Source: an uncultured virus (IMG/VR IMGVR_UViG_3300036466_000576)
Lineage: Duplodnaviria; Heunggongvirae; Uroviricota; Caudoviricetes
Direction: 5' to 3' (one strand)
DNA length: 64,000 bases
Virus record (IMG/VR): IMGVR_UViG_3300036466_000576
Shown: positions 21,113 to 31,390 of the stretch, piece after piece
Layout of the letters: every line of letters starts with the position of its first letter
Numbering within the stretch: the stretch's first letter is position 1
The notes under the pieces: model-generated
The model's input: the letters and a program-made list of their open reading frames with translations, nothing else
Databases searched by the model: none
Told to the model about the DNA's origin: nothing
Program-made: the position numbers and the translations under genes

Positions 21113-21847
21113 TTATGAAGTTTTTTTAAGCTCTGATATAACTTTTTTATAATCATCAATATTTAAATTATTAAGGTTTTCCTCTTGAATGTAATTGTTC
21201 TTTAGTACATTATTATATTTTTCTTTTCCTACTTTTTCTTTAAGAAGATTAATAAACTTAACATACCTATCTTTTTGATCTGGATTAAAGTAACTATTTA
21301 GAGCAACAACCTGGCGTGCTCTTAAATATTCAAGAACAGTATTTGCCATAGCATTAATATCTTCTAGTCCAAAATCATAATATAGTTGATCCCTATTAGA
21401 GTTAGTAAAAACAATTGTTCCATTCCTACCCTTCTTTCCGTCTGATACAGCTGCAGACACACGAAAGAAAACATTTCCGTCTTTTTTCTTTAATTCATAA
21501 CTGAGTATTCGAGCTTCCATTCCATTAATAATTGCCTTTAATCCCTCTGGAGTTCGTTTTTTTGCAAGCCCGTGATTTGAACCTCCAAAAAATTTCTTAA
21601 CAATTCCTTTTTTTGTTTTATAAATATCTACAAATTTAGAATCTTTAATAATCGACATTAAGTTTCTAAACTCTTCAACATCTATAAAAGTTTTTATTAT
21701 TTTTTTTGTAGTACTTCCATTCTCCAATTGTATAAACTTGATTATTAATTTATGGGTTTTTGAATCAACATTCCAATAATTATGAGTTGCATCTTCAATT
21801 AAAAACATATTATACTTATTTGCTCTTTTAAAAATTAATTTAGCCAT
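21113..21847 (-). CDS. Hypothetical protein
   Basis: 244 aa, RBS AGGGAGAG, promoter TGGTATAAT. Confidence 0.75.
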   Translation of the reverse strand: MAKLIFKRANKYNMFLIEDATHNYWNVDSKTHKLIIKFIQLENGSTTKKIIKTFIDVEEFRNLMSIIKDSKFVDIYKTKKGIVKKFFGGSNHGLAKKRTPEGLKAIINGMEARILSYELKKKDGNVFFRVSAAVSDGKKGRNGTIVFTNSNRDQLYYDFGLEDINAMANTVLEYLRARQVVALNSYFNPDQKDRYVKFINLLKEKVGKEKYNNVLKNNYIQEENLNNLNIDDYKKVISELKKTS

Positions 21848-21954
21848 AATATCTCTCCCTTATTTGTCATATTTTAATATCTTTTCTATATTATACCACA
21901 TATAATATAGAAAAAAAAGAATCCCAGGAAAAAAATCCCGAGATTCTCTCTTTA

Positions 21955-22344
21955 TTACCAGAACAACCATAATGTAAAGGCTACTCCGCTAATAGCAACC
22001 GTTGTAAAAACACCAAGCATAAATGTCATTAAAATACTTATAAATGTTCTATTTTTTTCTTTCTTTTGTTCTTTTTGTGCCTTGAGCATTTTGATTAATC
22101 CAAATTGATCAATATCATTAGCTTCTGCAACACCACTATTTTTAACTGCTGTTACTAATTCAGGATTCTTTTCTTTCAAATCCTGAGTTAATTCAAGAAT
22201 CTTTACATATTGTTCAACAGGTTTTTCGTCTGTGGTTTTAACAGATTCATAAATTGTTGAAAATATCTTCCCTACAAGAGAAAGTATTATAACAGCTGCA
22301 AAAACAATAAATCCTATTCCTACTAACATTGGCATATACATCAT
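21955..22344 (-). CDS. Two-TM membrane protein
   Basis: Terminal hydrophobic segments; RBS AAGGAG. Confidence 0.75.
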   Translation of the reverse strand: MMYMPMLVGIGFIVFAAVIILSLVGKIFSTIYESVKTTDEKPVEQYVKILELTQDLKEKNPELVTAVKNSGVAEANDIDQFGLIKMLKAQKEQKKEKNRTFISILMTFMLGVFTTVAISGVAFTLWLFW

Positions 22345-22560
22345 TTCATATCAATCTCCTTTGTCTTATTTTTTGTACGAATGTCTTATATATGTTATCT
22401 AACTATATAATGGGAAATACAGTTAGTTATTTTGAAAAAATGTCTAAGTTTTTTAATGTAATTAAATTATAACATTAATTGTTTTTTTATACAAGCATTT
22501 ACAAAAAATATTTTTAATGTTAAAAACCCCTTTATTTTATATATTAAAAGGGGCTAAATA

Positions 22561-23292
22561 TTATTTATAATATTTATAATTATTACCATCATAATTTAAC
22601 AAAATATTTGATAGTCTCATTTGTTCTTTTTTTGTTAATTCAACAGTTTTTTCTTTATTATTTATAAAATTAATAAGCTTATTGTTTGATAAAATATAAT
22701 AGCTTCTTTTATCACTAAAAACTTTATCTGCTTTTATATACACAACAATATCTGTGATATCAATATCACTTCTTCCAAAAAGCATTTCAAAACTTTCCTT
22801 TTCTGACCAAAATCTGGTTTTATATTCAATAATTTTTGCTGAATTGTCTGTTTCATTTAGATATATAAAATTTTTATTTTTATCAGTTTTTATTATTCCT
22901 GGTTCATAAATAATTTTTATATTGTAAAGTCTTGAGGGAGACACAACAACACAATCTAAATGGTGTTTGATATAGTTAACTTTTAAATCAAGGTCAAAAA
23001 GAGCATAATAATCATTAGATAATTGAGAAACCGTATTTTCAAAAATTATTTCTCCTTTATATTTATTTCTTATTTTAACAATTTCATCAATAACATTATA
23101 TAAATAGTATAGAGAAAATATAAAGATAAAAAAAGTAATACCATTTAAAAAATAGTTATATGGTTCTTGTAAATATAAATAATTTGTAAATAAAAACGAA
23201 ATTAATAAGATGATAAAAAGAATTAAAACATTTAATAAAAGCTTGTATATTTTAACTCTATAATGTTTTTTCTTTTTTAAAAGTTTAGCGAT
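22561..23292 (-). CDS. Membrane-anchored NERD-like protein with putative ATC start (243 aa)
   Basis: Frame stays open 116 codons upstream of the called GTG, up to AAGGAGGTGA-GATC-ATC; 2 TM then KGE...NDYYALFDL...HLDCVVVSPS. Confidence 0.7.
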   Translation of the reverse strand: MAKLLKKKKHYRVKIYKLLLNVLILFIILLISFLFTNYLYLQEPYNYFLNGITFFIFIFSLYYLYNVIDEIVKIRNKYKGEIIFENTVSQLSNDYYALFDLDLKVNYIKHHLDCVVVSPSRLYNIKIIYEPGIIKTDKNKNFIYLNETDNSAKIIEYKTRFWSEKESFEMLFGRSDIDITDIVVYIKADKVFSDKRSYYILSNNKLINFINNKEKTVELTKKEQMRLSNILLNYDGNNYKYYK

Positions 23293-23314
23293 GATCTCAC
23301 CTCCTTAAAAAAAA

Positions 23315-24841
23315 TCAAACTGCCTGTTCCTCTGTTTTTCTTTCTTCTAACACTTTTTTTATAGAATTTAATGACTTAACCTCCACATTAGCGTTTTCAT
23401 TATCAAATTCTCTACTTAATTCTTCAAGTGATATTGTAGGACTTTTCTTTTCGTTAATTTTTGTATAATCTTTGATTGAAGATAGCTCCATTTCATCTCC
23501 AAAATTACTTAAATGTAAAAATTTTTTACTAAAATACAAATCTACAAATCCAACTTCACCATCTCTATTTTTACAAACCTCTGCCTGCAAAATATTAGGT
23601 TTAGTTGACTGTTCTTTAAGATAATATTCTTCTCGAAAAGCTCCAATAACAACCTCGGCATCCTGGTCAGCTTTACCAGAATTTCTCATATCAGACACTC
23701 TAGGTGCTCTATCTTCAATATCTCTAGCTTCTGGTTTTCTAGATACCTGAGCTACTGGCAACTGACATGTGTTGGTTAAGTGAGATAATACACGAATATC
23801 TTCTGATATTTTAGCATACTCACTTTCTTTTTCAGGTACAGAACCGTTTGGCATTTTAAAGAGCTGATAATAATCTGGAATAAACAATTTAACATTATGC
23901 AATTTTGCATATCTATTTACAACACCAAAATATTGAGAAATAGTCATATATGTCATATCATAAATAAAAAGTGGAATATCTTTAATTTTTTCAGCTACTT
24001 TATACAAAGAATTATAATCCTCAGTAGTTAATTTTTTAGCATCTTTTAATTTTGAAAGGGGAATTGAATTAACATTACTCAATTTACAGCTTAATGCCGA
24101 CAAAGCTCTAGCAACCACCTGTTCAATAGACATTTCAAGTGAACCCAACATAACTCCTGTTCCTCTAAGAGCAACATTTAAAGCAATATTCATGGTTAAA
24201 GTGGATTTCCCATTACCTGGTCTTCCAATACAGTAATTAATAGAACTTGTTACCAAACCCCCATCTAAAATATCATCAAGTTTTGCAAAGCCAGTAGGAA
24301 TTATCTCTCGGTCATTGTTATTTTCTTTTAAATCTTTAATTAATTTGTTTACCCCTTCATAAATGTTTACAGCTTTTTGTTTAACATTAGCTTTTGATTG
24401 TAAATCCAAAAAATAATCAACTACTTCACTGATTATTTCTTCTACATTATCAACCTTATTATTATCAATTTTAGATTTTATTTCTACAATTTTATTTTTT
24501 AAACTTTCTTTAAGCAAAACTTCTTTAAATTCTTTTAAATAATAGTTTAAATTTTCTTCTTCTATTTTTTTACTATATAAAAATATTTTTTTTATCTGTT
24601 TAGATAAATTATTTCTCTTTTTTTCATCTTCAATTCCTTTAATTAATTCGTTTTCAAAAAGAGAAAACTCTACACTTAACCCTTTTTTAACAATTTCTTC
24701 TGCAATTAAATCATACATTCTTTGATATAATCTATATTGAAAATCAGTTTTTACAATTCCTGCAGCTAATACCTCTTCATAATGATTAATATTTTTAATT
24801 AAATATGCAATTATTGTGTATTCTATTTTAGTTCTTTTCAT
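23315..24841 (-). CDS. dnaB: Replicative DnaB-like helicase
   Basis: IPTGFAKLD, GRPGNGKS, SLEM, DYYQL, AQVSR, DMRNSGKADQDA, KNRDG. Confidence 0.93.
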   Translation of the reverse strand: MKRTKIEYTIIAYLIKNINHYEEVLAAGIVKTDFQYRLYQRMYDLIAEEIVKKGLSVEFSLFENELIKGIEDEKKRNNLSKQIKKIFLYSKKIEEENLNYYLKEFKEVLLKESLKNKIVEIKSKIDNNKVDNVEEIISEVVDYFLDLQSKANVKQKAVNIYEGVNKLIKDLKENNNDREIIPTGFAKLDDILDGGLVTSSINYCIGRPGNGKSTLTMNIALNVALRGTGVMLGSLEMSIEQVVARALSALSCKLSNVNSIPLSKLKDAKKLTTEDYNSLYKVAEKIKDIPLFIYDMTYMTISQYFGVVNRYAKLHNVKLFIPDYYQLFKMPNGSVPEKESEYAKISEDIRVLSHLTNTCQLPVAQVSRKPEARDIEDRAPRVSDMRNSGKADQDAEVVIGAFREEYYLKEQSTKPNILQAEVCKNRDGEVGFVDLYFSKKFLHLSNFGDEMELSSIKDYTKINEKKSPTISLEELSREFDNENANVEVKSLNSIKKVLEERKTEEQAV

Positions 24842-25693
24842 TTATAATACCTCCATATCTAAATCAGACCACATTTTTTCTAATTTTTCTTTTCTATAGT
24901 CTTCTTTAATACCCACTCTAATATTAAAAGCCATGTTTTTTAATCTTGATAAAATACTTTGTTGATGTACTTCAATTTGTCTTCCACTTTCTTCTTCATT
25001 TTCATAAAGATCATAAAAATTGGTTACTATAATAGTAACTTTATCCTGATAAAATCTATAATTCAAAAAATCTTCAAGTTCTGTATATGTCCAAGAATTA
25101 TCTGTTCTATATTCTTTTCCATATTCATCTAATATTAACAAATCTACTTCTTGTAATTTTTTAAATCTTTTAGCACTTTCTTCATTATTCCAAGTGTTAC
25201 CACAAAGTTTAATTAGACCTTTAGAAGTAATATATTGAGTTTTAATTCCATTTTTTATTGCATTAATTCCTATTTTTGTCGAAAGAAATGTTTTGCCAGC
25301 TCCATTTGTCCCCATGATAACTATATTTCTTCTTTTTTCTAAAAAGTCATCAAATCCATTAATATATTTATTAGCAAATTTGTTTATATCTATTTTTTTT
25401 CGACTATCTCCCATAATAGCTATCGCCTTTACTCTTTCACTAATTTTTTCATCTTCTTTTCCCCAATATTCTTCAGGAATATTAGCATGAATTAATTTCC
25501 TTTTCAAGACCTCTTTAATTCTACAATCACAGGAGAAAGCATATTGTGTGCCCCCTATATTTTTAGTAATAACACCAGCTCCTTGACATATAGGGCATTT
25601 CTCATCATAGTTTTCTTTTTCCAACTTTAAATTTTTAAACCCTTGAAAATTATCTAGCATCTTTGTAATCTTCCCAGAAATCTCCTTCTCCAT
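24842..25693 (-). CDS. dnaC: DnaC/IstB-like helicase loader
   Basis: CPIC...CDC, GTNGAGKT, LLILDEYG, TIIVTN; start moved to ATG 25693 after AAGGAG. Confidence 0.88.
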   Translation of the reverse strand: MEKEISGKITKMLDNFQGFKNLKLEKENYDEKCPICQGAGVITKNIGGTQYAFSCDCRIKEVLKRKLIHANIPEEYWGKEDEKISERVKAIAIMGDSRKKIDINKFANKYINGFDDFLEKRRNIVIMGTNGAGKTFLSTKIGINAIKNGIKTQYITSKGLIKLCGNTWNNEESAKRFKKLQEVDLLILDEYGKEYRTDNSWTYTELEDFLNYRFYQDKVTIIVTNFYDLYENEEESGRQIEVHQQSILSRLKNMAFNIRVGIKEDYRKEKLEKMWSDLDMEVL

Positions 25694-26564
25694 TTCTAAC
25701 AACTCCTTTTTTAGTTTTCTTTGATTTTTTCTTTTGTGGTTTTTTCCCAAAAACGCCCTTTTTAATAAGGGGATAAAAATACTCAAAACTATCTATATTA
25801 GTTTTTGTATTTGAAACAATTCTCTTAATCCCTGAAGCTATCATATTAGGATAAGCTATTTTTAAGGAATCTTTTAATAAATCAATATCTTCAGGAGGAA
25901 AATCATTATTGGTCCACTGCTCAAAAGCTTTAATTACTGTTTTTTCATAATAATTAAGTTTTGAATAATCAATTTTTGTTTTCTTTTTAGTATTTAATTC
26001 TTTTTCAATATTTTCTTTTTCATCTTCTAAAAAATCAATTAAGTTATAAATATTTATAAAAGCTTTATTTCTATCTTTTTTTGCCTTAAGTAAAAATTCA
26101 AATTGTTTATAATAAAGGTTTAATTTTTGATCTTTTAAATTTTTCACCTTTTTCTGTACCATTATGATATCGCTGTTTTTTACTATTTCTTTTGAAACTA
26201 GAGATATAAGTAGATTTTTATAAATATTATGATTTAAAATGTTGAAATGTCTGTCAGTAATCTTTGGAACCTTCGAATTTAATACAAAAACCATTTCTTT
26301 AATTTTTAAGTTATTTCTTTTTAATAATATTTTGGCTGTTTTTATAATTTTTTTATTTGTTATAAAAAATTGAAAGGCAACAAGTTCTTTAATACCATCT
26401 TGAATTGCATTTAAATTAAGTCCAGTATTTTTTTGTAAAACCTTGGCTTCAACGGACACTATTCTTTTAAAATTATTTGAAATAGAAAAGTAGAGAATAT
26501 TTTTAGCCGATTCACTTAAAATAGCTAACCATTTATTCTCTACAATGTCATCATAATAACTCAT
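25650..26564 (-). CDS. Putative replication initiator (N-terminal wHTH, C-terminal DnaD-like)
   Basis: LQKNTGLNLNAIQDGIKELV HTH; FEQW...IASGIK...SFEYF; first gene of the loader-helicase operon. Confidence 0.65.
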   Translation of the reverse strand: MSYYDDIVENKWLAILSESAKNILYFSISNNFKRIVSVEAKVLQKNTGLNLNAIQDGIKELVAFQFFITNKKIIKTAKILLKRNNLKIKEMVFVLNSKVPKITDRHFNILNHNIYKNLLISLVSKEIVKNSDIIMVQKKVKNLKDQKLNLYYKQFEFLLKAKKDRNKAFINIYNLIDFLEDEKENIEKELNTKKKTKIDYSKLNYYEKTVIKAFEQWTNNDFPPEDIDLLKDSLKIAYPNMIASGIKRIVSNTKTNIDSFEYFYPLIKKGVFGKKPQKKKSKKTKKGVVRNGEGDFWEDYKDAR

Positions 26565-26654
26565 GGCTACACCCCTTAGTTTTCAATTCTAAATATATTT
26601 TAACATCAAAAACTCTATTTGTCAATAATGTAAAATTGTTCCATTTAATTATTT

Positions 26655-26682
26655 TTTATGTCTTGACATAAATATTATACCA
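26655..26682 (-). promoter_or_regulatory. Replication operon promoter with palindromic operator
   Basis: TGGTATAAT at 26674-26682; TTTATGTC-TT-GACATAAA at 26655-26672. Confidence 0.75.
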
Positions 26683-26749
26683 TGAAAAATTTGTAATTAA
26701 AATAAAAAAAGAGAGTTTCTCTTTAACAAGAAACTCTCTAATTTAATCA

Positions 26750-28681
26750 CTATTCTAATAAATATTTTTCATTATACTCAATTGGTTTTTTTATTTCTAT
26801 TTTTAAATCTTTTTCTATTATATCGCTTAACCAATTTAATTTAGAAGTGTTATATTCTCCATCACTAAATTTATTTTTTATAGTGTTTTTTGTAACCAAA
26901 CTAATATTTCTATTATCTTTTAAGCTATCATAAATATTAGGAATTTTAATGTTATTATCAAAAAGAGATTTTTGAGTTGTTAAATATTCTCTTAAACTGT
27001 TCTCACTTGGTTTTTTTGTTATATCTTTAATTTCTAATGAAACCATTCCATAATATTCAATTGCTTTTTTTATTTCTTCTTTTTTGCTATTATATAAATC
27101 ATTGTTATAGATAATTGCTCCATCTACTTCTTCTTTTAGATTATATAGATAATTTTCTCTTTTATTCTTCCAATTTTTAAATTCAGAAATATAACTGTTT
27201 GTAAATTTGTTAATTAATTTATCTATTTCAGATTCTAACTCAGAATTGTAATTATTTACTTTGTCTTTATATTTATTGTACTGTTTCATATTATAATCCA
27301 TTTTATTTTGTCTTTCTTGCAATTGTTTTCTTAATGCATTATAAATTTCTTCCATACTAGAATAATCTTTATAGTCTTCTATATTTAAGGGCTTACCTAA
27401 ATTATTTTTATTTTTATTATATTTTATTATGCTTTCTAATCCTTTGTTAAATGGTTTTTTATTTTCTATTTCAGATTCTTTATACTGAGTATTTAAAAAA
27501 TGTTCTAAGCTTTCATAAGCATTTCTTGCTTTATTAAATTCAACTAATTCTTTTTTGAATGAGTCATATCCTTTTACATCACCAATTGTTAATGAACGAT
27601 TAATTTCTTCATTTGTTCCAGCAACCAACGATGATTCTTTAGCTGTTAACATAAATGGTTTATCTCCTGGATGTGGTGGTGTTTCTTCAACCTCCTTAAA
27701 CACATAGCGTGTTATATCTGTTAGACTGACATGAGAATTTAAAATATTACTTGAATCAAATTTTGGTACTGAAGGTATGCTGTAATTAATTTTTGGACTT
27801 GGTAAATCTAAACTATCCTTATAATCTCTATAATTAATATTACTAATTGGATAAGGAGTGTTTGTTACATATACTGGTATATTTTTTGAAACTTTTTTTC
27901 CTCCAGAATTTTCTACATAAACTTTAATAAGTTTTCTTACATTGCTAGAAGATGTGTTTTTATTAATACTATAATCTGCCCTCCAACTTAAGTTGCAACC
28001 ATTTGAAGTGGCTGATATTTTCATCCCAGATAAAAGATCCCCTGAACATTTTAAATTGTAATTACCACCTGCCACATTAATAATGTTTGTTTGATATTCA
28101 TTTTCTTTATAAGATAATACAGAAGTAGTAATTTCTGGTGCTTTTTCTTTAACAATTCCATAACTATATGCAACTTCTGCATGATCCCTTCTATGAAAAA
28201 ATCCACCATTTTTACCATAGGCTCTTGCTCTTATTCTATAATTGCCTGGACTTAAGTTTATTAACTCTTTTGATATGAATTTTACATTTTTTGAATTTAT
28301 ATTCCCTTTAAAATGCCTTGAATAAAACACAGTTTTCCAACCACCATCATATTTTTGTATCCAAATTCTAGCATCTCCTTGAGATCCTTTATCTAAAGCA
28401 TAATCTAAATACATATTAAATCTTGTTGTTACTTTAAATGAGTGATAATGATTATATGTTTTATCTTTACTAATTTCAGTCCATCTTTCATATTTTTGGT
28501 CAAAATTACTTTTGTTTTTACGATAATTACCAGTATAACTACAAGAAAAATTAGATCTGGAACAAAAATTAGTATATCCATATTTTTTCCCACTACTTCC
28601 ACCACCCGCTAGAACGCCAGCACTAAAAATCAAAATCAATAACAAAACTAAACTACCTATTTTTATTATTTTTTTATTCAT
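26750..28681 (-). CDS. Secreted protein with beta-rich N-terminus and coiled-coil C-terminus
   Basis: Signal peptide ending VLA; LSPGNYRIRARAY strand; heptad-like region. Confidence 0.75.
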   Translation of the reverse strand: MNKKIIKIGSLVLLLILIFSAGVLAGGGSSGKKYGYTNFCSRSNFSCSYTGNYRKNKSNFDQKYERWTEISKDKTYNHYHSFKVTTRFNMYLDYALDKGSQGDARIWIQKYDGGWKTVFYSRHFKGNINSKNVKFISKELINLSPGNYRIRARAYGKNGGFFHRRDHAEVAYSYGIVKEKAPEITTSVLSYKENEYQTNIINVAGGNYNLKCSGDLLSGMKISATSNGCNLSWRADYSINKNTSSSNVRKLIKVYVENSGGKKVSKNIPVYVTNTPYPISNINYRDYKDSLDLPSPKINYSIPSVPKFDSSNILNSHVSLTDITRYVFKEVEETPPHPGDKPFMLTAKESSLVAGTNEEINRSLTIGDVKGYDSFKKELVEFNKARNAYESLEHFLNTQYKESEIENKKPFNKGLESIIKYNKNKNNLGKPLNIEDYKDYSSMEEIYNALRKQLQERQNKMDYNMKQYNKYKDKVNNYNSELESEIDKLINKFTNSYISEFKNWKNKRENYLYNLKEEVDGAIIYNNDLYNSKKEEIKKAIEYYGMVSLEIKDITKKPSENSLREYLTTQKSLFDNNIKIPNIYDSLKDNRNISLVTKNTIKNKFSDGEYNTSKLNWLSDIIEKDLKIEIKKPIEYNEKYLLE

Positions 28682-28733
28682 TTTTTCCCTCCTTTACTAT
28701 ATATTAACATAAAAATAAATATTCATCTATTTT

Positions 28734-29117
28734 TTATTCAAAAACATTTTTGTTTTCTTTAGCATTATTTTTTAATATTTTATTAATTTTTTCTTTCAAA
28801 ACATTTTTTTTATATTGCAACATTCTTATTTGATATATATTGTTTTTTATAGTTGTGTTAGCCTTTAAACTGTCAATAACATCTTCAAAACCTTCATTAC
28901 TTTGAAAATCAGAAACATTTTTCTTTTCGATTTCCAACAAAAGTTCTGCAAGTAAATCCAATGAATGATTATTAATTTCATCCTGGATTTCTCGACATTT
29001 AACCCGATCTTCATGTTTATACACTTTATTTTTTATATTCTCAGTTACTTTATTGGTGTTTTCTTTTGTTTTTTCTACTCCTCTATCAATCTTCTTTCCA
29101 ATATCAGCAAACTTCAC
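28734..29117 (-). CDS. Hypothetical helical protein
   Basis: RBS AAGGAGG, GTG start. Confidence 0.7.
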   Translation of the reverse strand: MKFADIGKKIDRGVEKTKENTNKVTENIKNKVYKHEDRVKCREIQDEINNHSLDLLAELLLEIEKKNVSDFQSNEGFEDVIDSLKANTTIKNNIYQIRMLQYKKNVLKEKINKILKNNAKENKNVFE

Positions 29118-29223
29118 AAAATCCCTCCTTAAATTTAATTTATTGTTAATTATAAGTATATCATATTTACAAAATATGTAAAAGAAAACTCTCTGAATAA
29201 TTTAGAGAGTTAGTTTTATTTAT

Positions 29224-29754
29224 TTATGCTGTTTTCTCAAAATCTTTATAAAGCATACTTGGTTGAACATCATCATTATTTTGATACTTATTACTTTTAT
29301 ATTCTTCAAGTTCTCCTTTAATAGTATGATAAAAAATTTGTCCTATTTCGACATCAGAATATACTCTGACAGGTTGAATACAGGATAATTCAAGTGTCCA
29401 ATAACCATTAAATCCATTATCCCCAAATCCTGCCGTAATATGAATAAAAATCCCTAATCTTCCAATAGAACTTCTTCCTTCTAACATAGGAACAAAGCCT
29501 TTTGTTTTAGTAAATTCTTTGGTTCTTCCTAAATAAAGTTTTCCTGGTTCTAATAGAAAACCTTCTTCGGAAATAATTATTTCTTCTGTTTCATTTTTCT
29601 TTTTCATGTCAAGCTCATAATCTTTATACACTAATAACTTGTTGTGCAAACTTATGTTATAACTATTTGGATTTGCTTTTTCTTTATCAAAGTTTTCTAT
29701 ATAAATGTTTCCTAATTTATTTTGTTTAATAATTTCTTTTCCAGATAATATCAT
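29224..29754 (-). CDS. dcd: dCTP deaminase
   Basis: MILS, NPNSYNI, LEGRSSIGRLG, TAGFGDNGFNGYWTLE, KYQ. Confidence 0.95.
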   Translation of the reverse strand: MILSGKEIIKQNKLGNIYIENFDKEKANPNSYNISLHNKLLVYKDYELDMKKKNETEEIIISEEGFLLEPGKLYLGRTKEFTKTKGFVPMLEGRSSIGRLGIFIHITAGFGDNGFNGYWTLELSCIQPVRVYSDVEIGQIFYHTIKGELEEYKSNKYQNNDDVQPSMLYKDFEKTA

Positions 29755-29853
29755 TTTTATACTCTCCTTTTTTTCTTAATTAAAAAGAGATATGCTATAA
29801 AAACATATCTCCTTTTGTCTTAATTTATTTTAATTATTAGTTAATGATTGTAA

Positions 29854-30681
29854 TTATACATTTAGGTCATCAAATTCAGCAAATTCATCTTCTAAATCTC
29901 CAAAACCATCTAACTCTCCTCTTAAATCAATATCAAGATCATTTTCTAAATCAAAATCTTGAGTTTCTTCAGCAGCTTTTTGTGCAGCTTCAGATTTAGT
30001 CGCAGATTTAGTCGCAGATTTAGGAGCACCATCTTTATGATCTTCAGGAACTAATTTTAAGTCCCAACCTCTTAATTTCTGATAACGATCATAACCGTCT
30101 CCAACTTCTCTTTCTTTAGAAGTAAACAATTCTTCTCCTGTAACAATAACAGGTTTACCTTTTTTTACCAATGAAGATAGTACTTCAGCATATTTTCCTT
30201 TGAATTCAACATTATAGAAGACTGTTTCCTGCTTATCTCCGATTTTCTTGTTTACGGCAACAGTTACTTTATAAATTGCTAATTTCCCGTTTTCAGTAAA
30301 TTTAGAATCAATCCAAGTTAATTTTCCACCAGTTGTAGCTCGCCCTTGAATTACCGTTAAAGCAAAACCACTACCAGCAAAAGCAAACCTATTAACTGTA
30401 AGTCCAACATTAGTATAGGTTACACCATTTTTTTCCTTTTTTGTAGTATTTCTTCTTCCTTGTACTAAAATATAATCTGGTTTATTTACATATTCTTTAA
30501 ACACCTTAACCAGACCATTAAATGCAGCACAATCAACATATTCGGTAGTATCTTTAGATCCTAATTTTTCATTGACTGCTAATGTGAAAATTGCCATCTC
30601 ATTTCCACTTCGTGTTTTAATTACCTTTGGATCTTTTACAACTCTTCCTGCCATAATTTCTAAATTTAATCCTAAACTCAT
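29854..30681 (-). CDS. ssb: Single-stranded DNA-binding protein with two OB folds
   Basis: GRVVKDP...FTLAVN...ILVQGR, repeated as QGRAT...VTVAVN...KKGKPVIVTGE; acidic tail. Confidence 0.88.
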   Translation of the reverse strand: MSLGLNLEIMAGRVVKDPKVIKTRSGNEMAIFTLAVNEKLGSKDTTEYVDCAAFNGLVKVFKEYVNKPDYILVQGRRNTTKKEKNGVTYTNVGLTVNRFAFAGSGFALTVIQGRATTGGKLTWIDSKFTENGKLAIYKVTVAVNKKIGDKQETVFYNVEFKGKYAEVLSSLVKKGKPVIVTGEELFTSKEREVGDGYDRYQKLRGWDLKLVPEDHKDGAPKSATKSATKSEAAQKAAEETQDFDLENDLDIDLRGELDGFGDLEDEFAEFDDLNV

Positions 30682-30762
30682 TTTATATTCCTCCCTAAAA
30701 TGTCTTTAATTTGTTTAATATATGGTTATTATACCACATATTTACAATAATACAAGTAAAAT

Positions 30763-31278
30763 TTATTTTATTTTATATTTTTTTCCATTTTTTCTTAGGA
30801 TAATTTTTTTTATTTCATTTATAGTAAAATTGATCGTTCTTTTTATATCTTTCCTATCCAAGTCAAATTTAAATTCTTTTTCTTCTACAAGATCATATAT
30901 TGTTATCTGGATCATATTAGCTTCGTCTAATAAAATAAATTCAACTTTGAATAAATTATCAATTTCAAAAACAGTATCTTTATCTTCAAAAAGAATTTTT
31001 TTATTTTCATTATTTACTTCTTTATTAAATAATAAGTAATTTCCAGCAAAATTTTTATATTTTTCAACAAACTTATTTTCAATTTCATTTAAGCTATCCG
31101 CATCTATTGAAAAAATCATTTCTTTTTTTGAATTAAAAAAATTTAAAAGATGTTTTGTATAAGATTGATTATAATTTTGATTAACTTCATTTTTTATAGA
31201 ATTATTTTTATAATCTAAATTCATTTTTTTTTGTTCTTTAAAAATATAAAAACTTTTAATTTCAAATATCCACTCCAT
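30763..31278 (-). CDS. Hypothetical protein
   Basis: RBS GGGAGGT. Confidence 0.65.
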   Translation of the reverse strand: MEWIFEIKSFYIFKEQKKMNLDYKNNSIKNEVNQNYNQSYTKHLLNFFNSKKEMIFSIDADSLNEIENKFVEKYKNFAGNYLLFNKEVNNENKKILFEDKDTVFEIDNLFKVEFILLDEANMIQITIYDLVEEKEFKFDLDRKDIKRTINFTINEIKKIILRKNGKKYKIK

Positions 31279-31390
31279 TAAATTTACCTCCCTTTATTAA
31301 AATTACTTTAATTCCATTCTTTAACATACATATTTTACCATATAAATTAAAAATAAGCAAAAGAGGAATTATCCTCTCTTGCTTATATTT

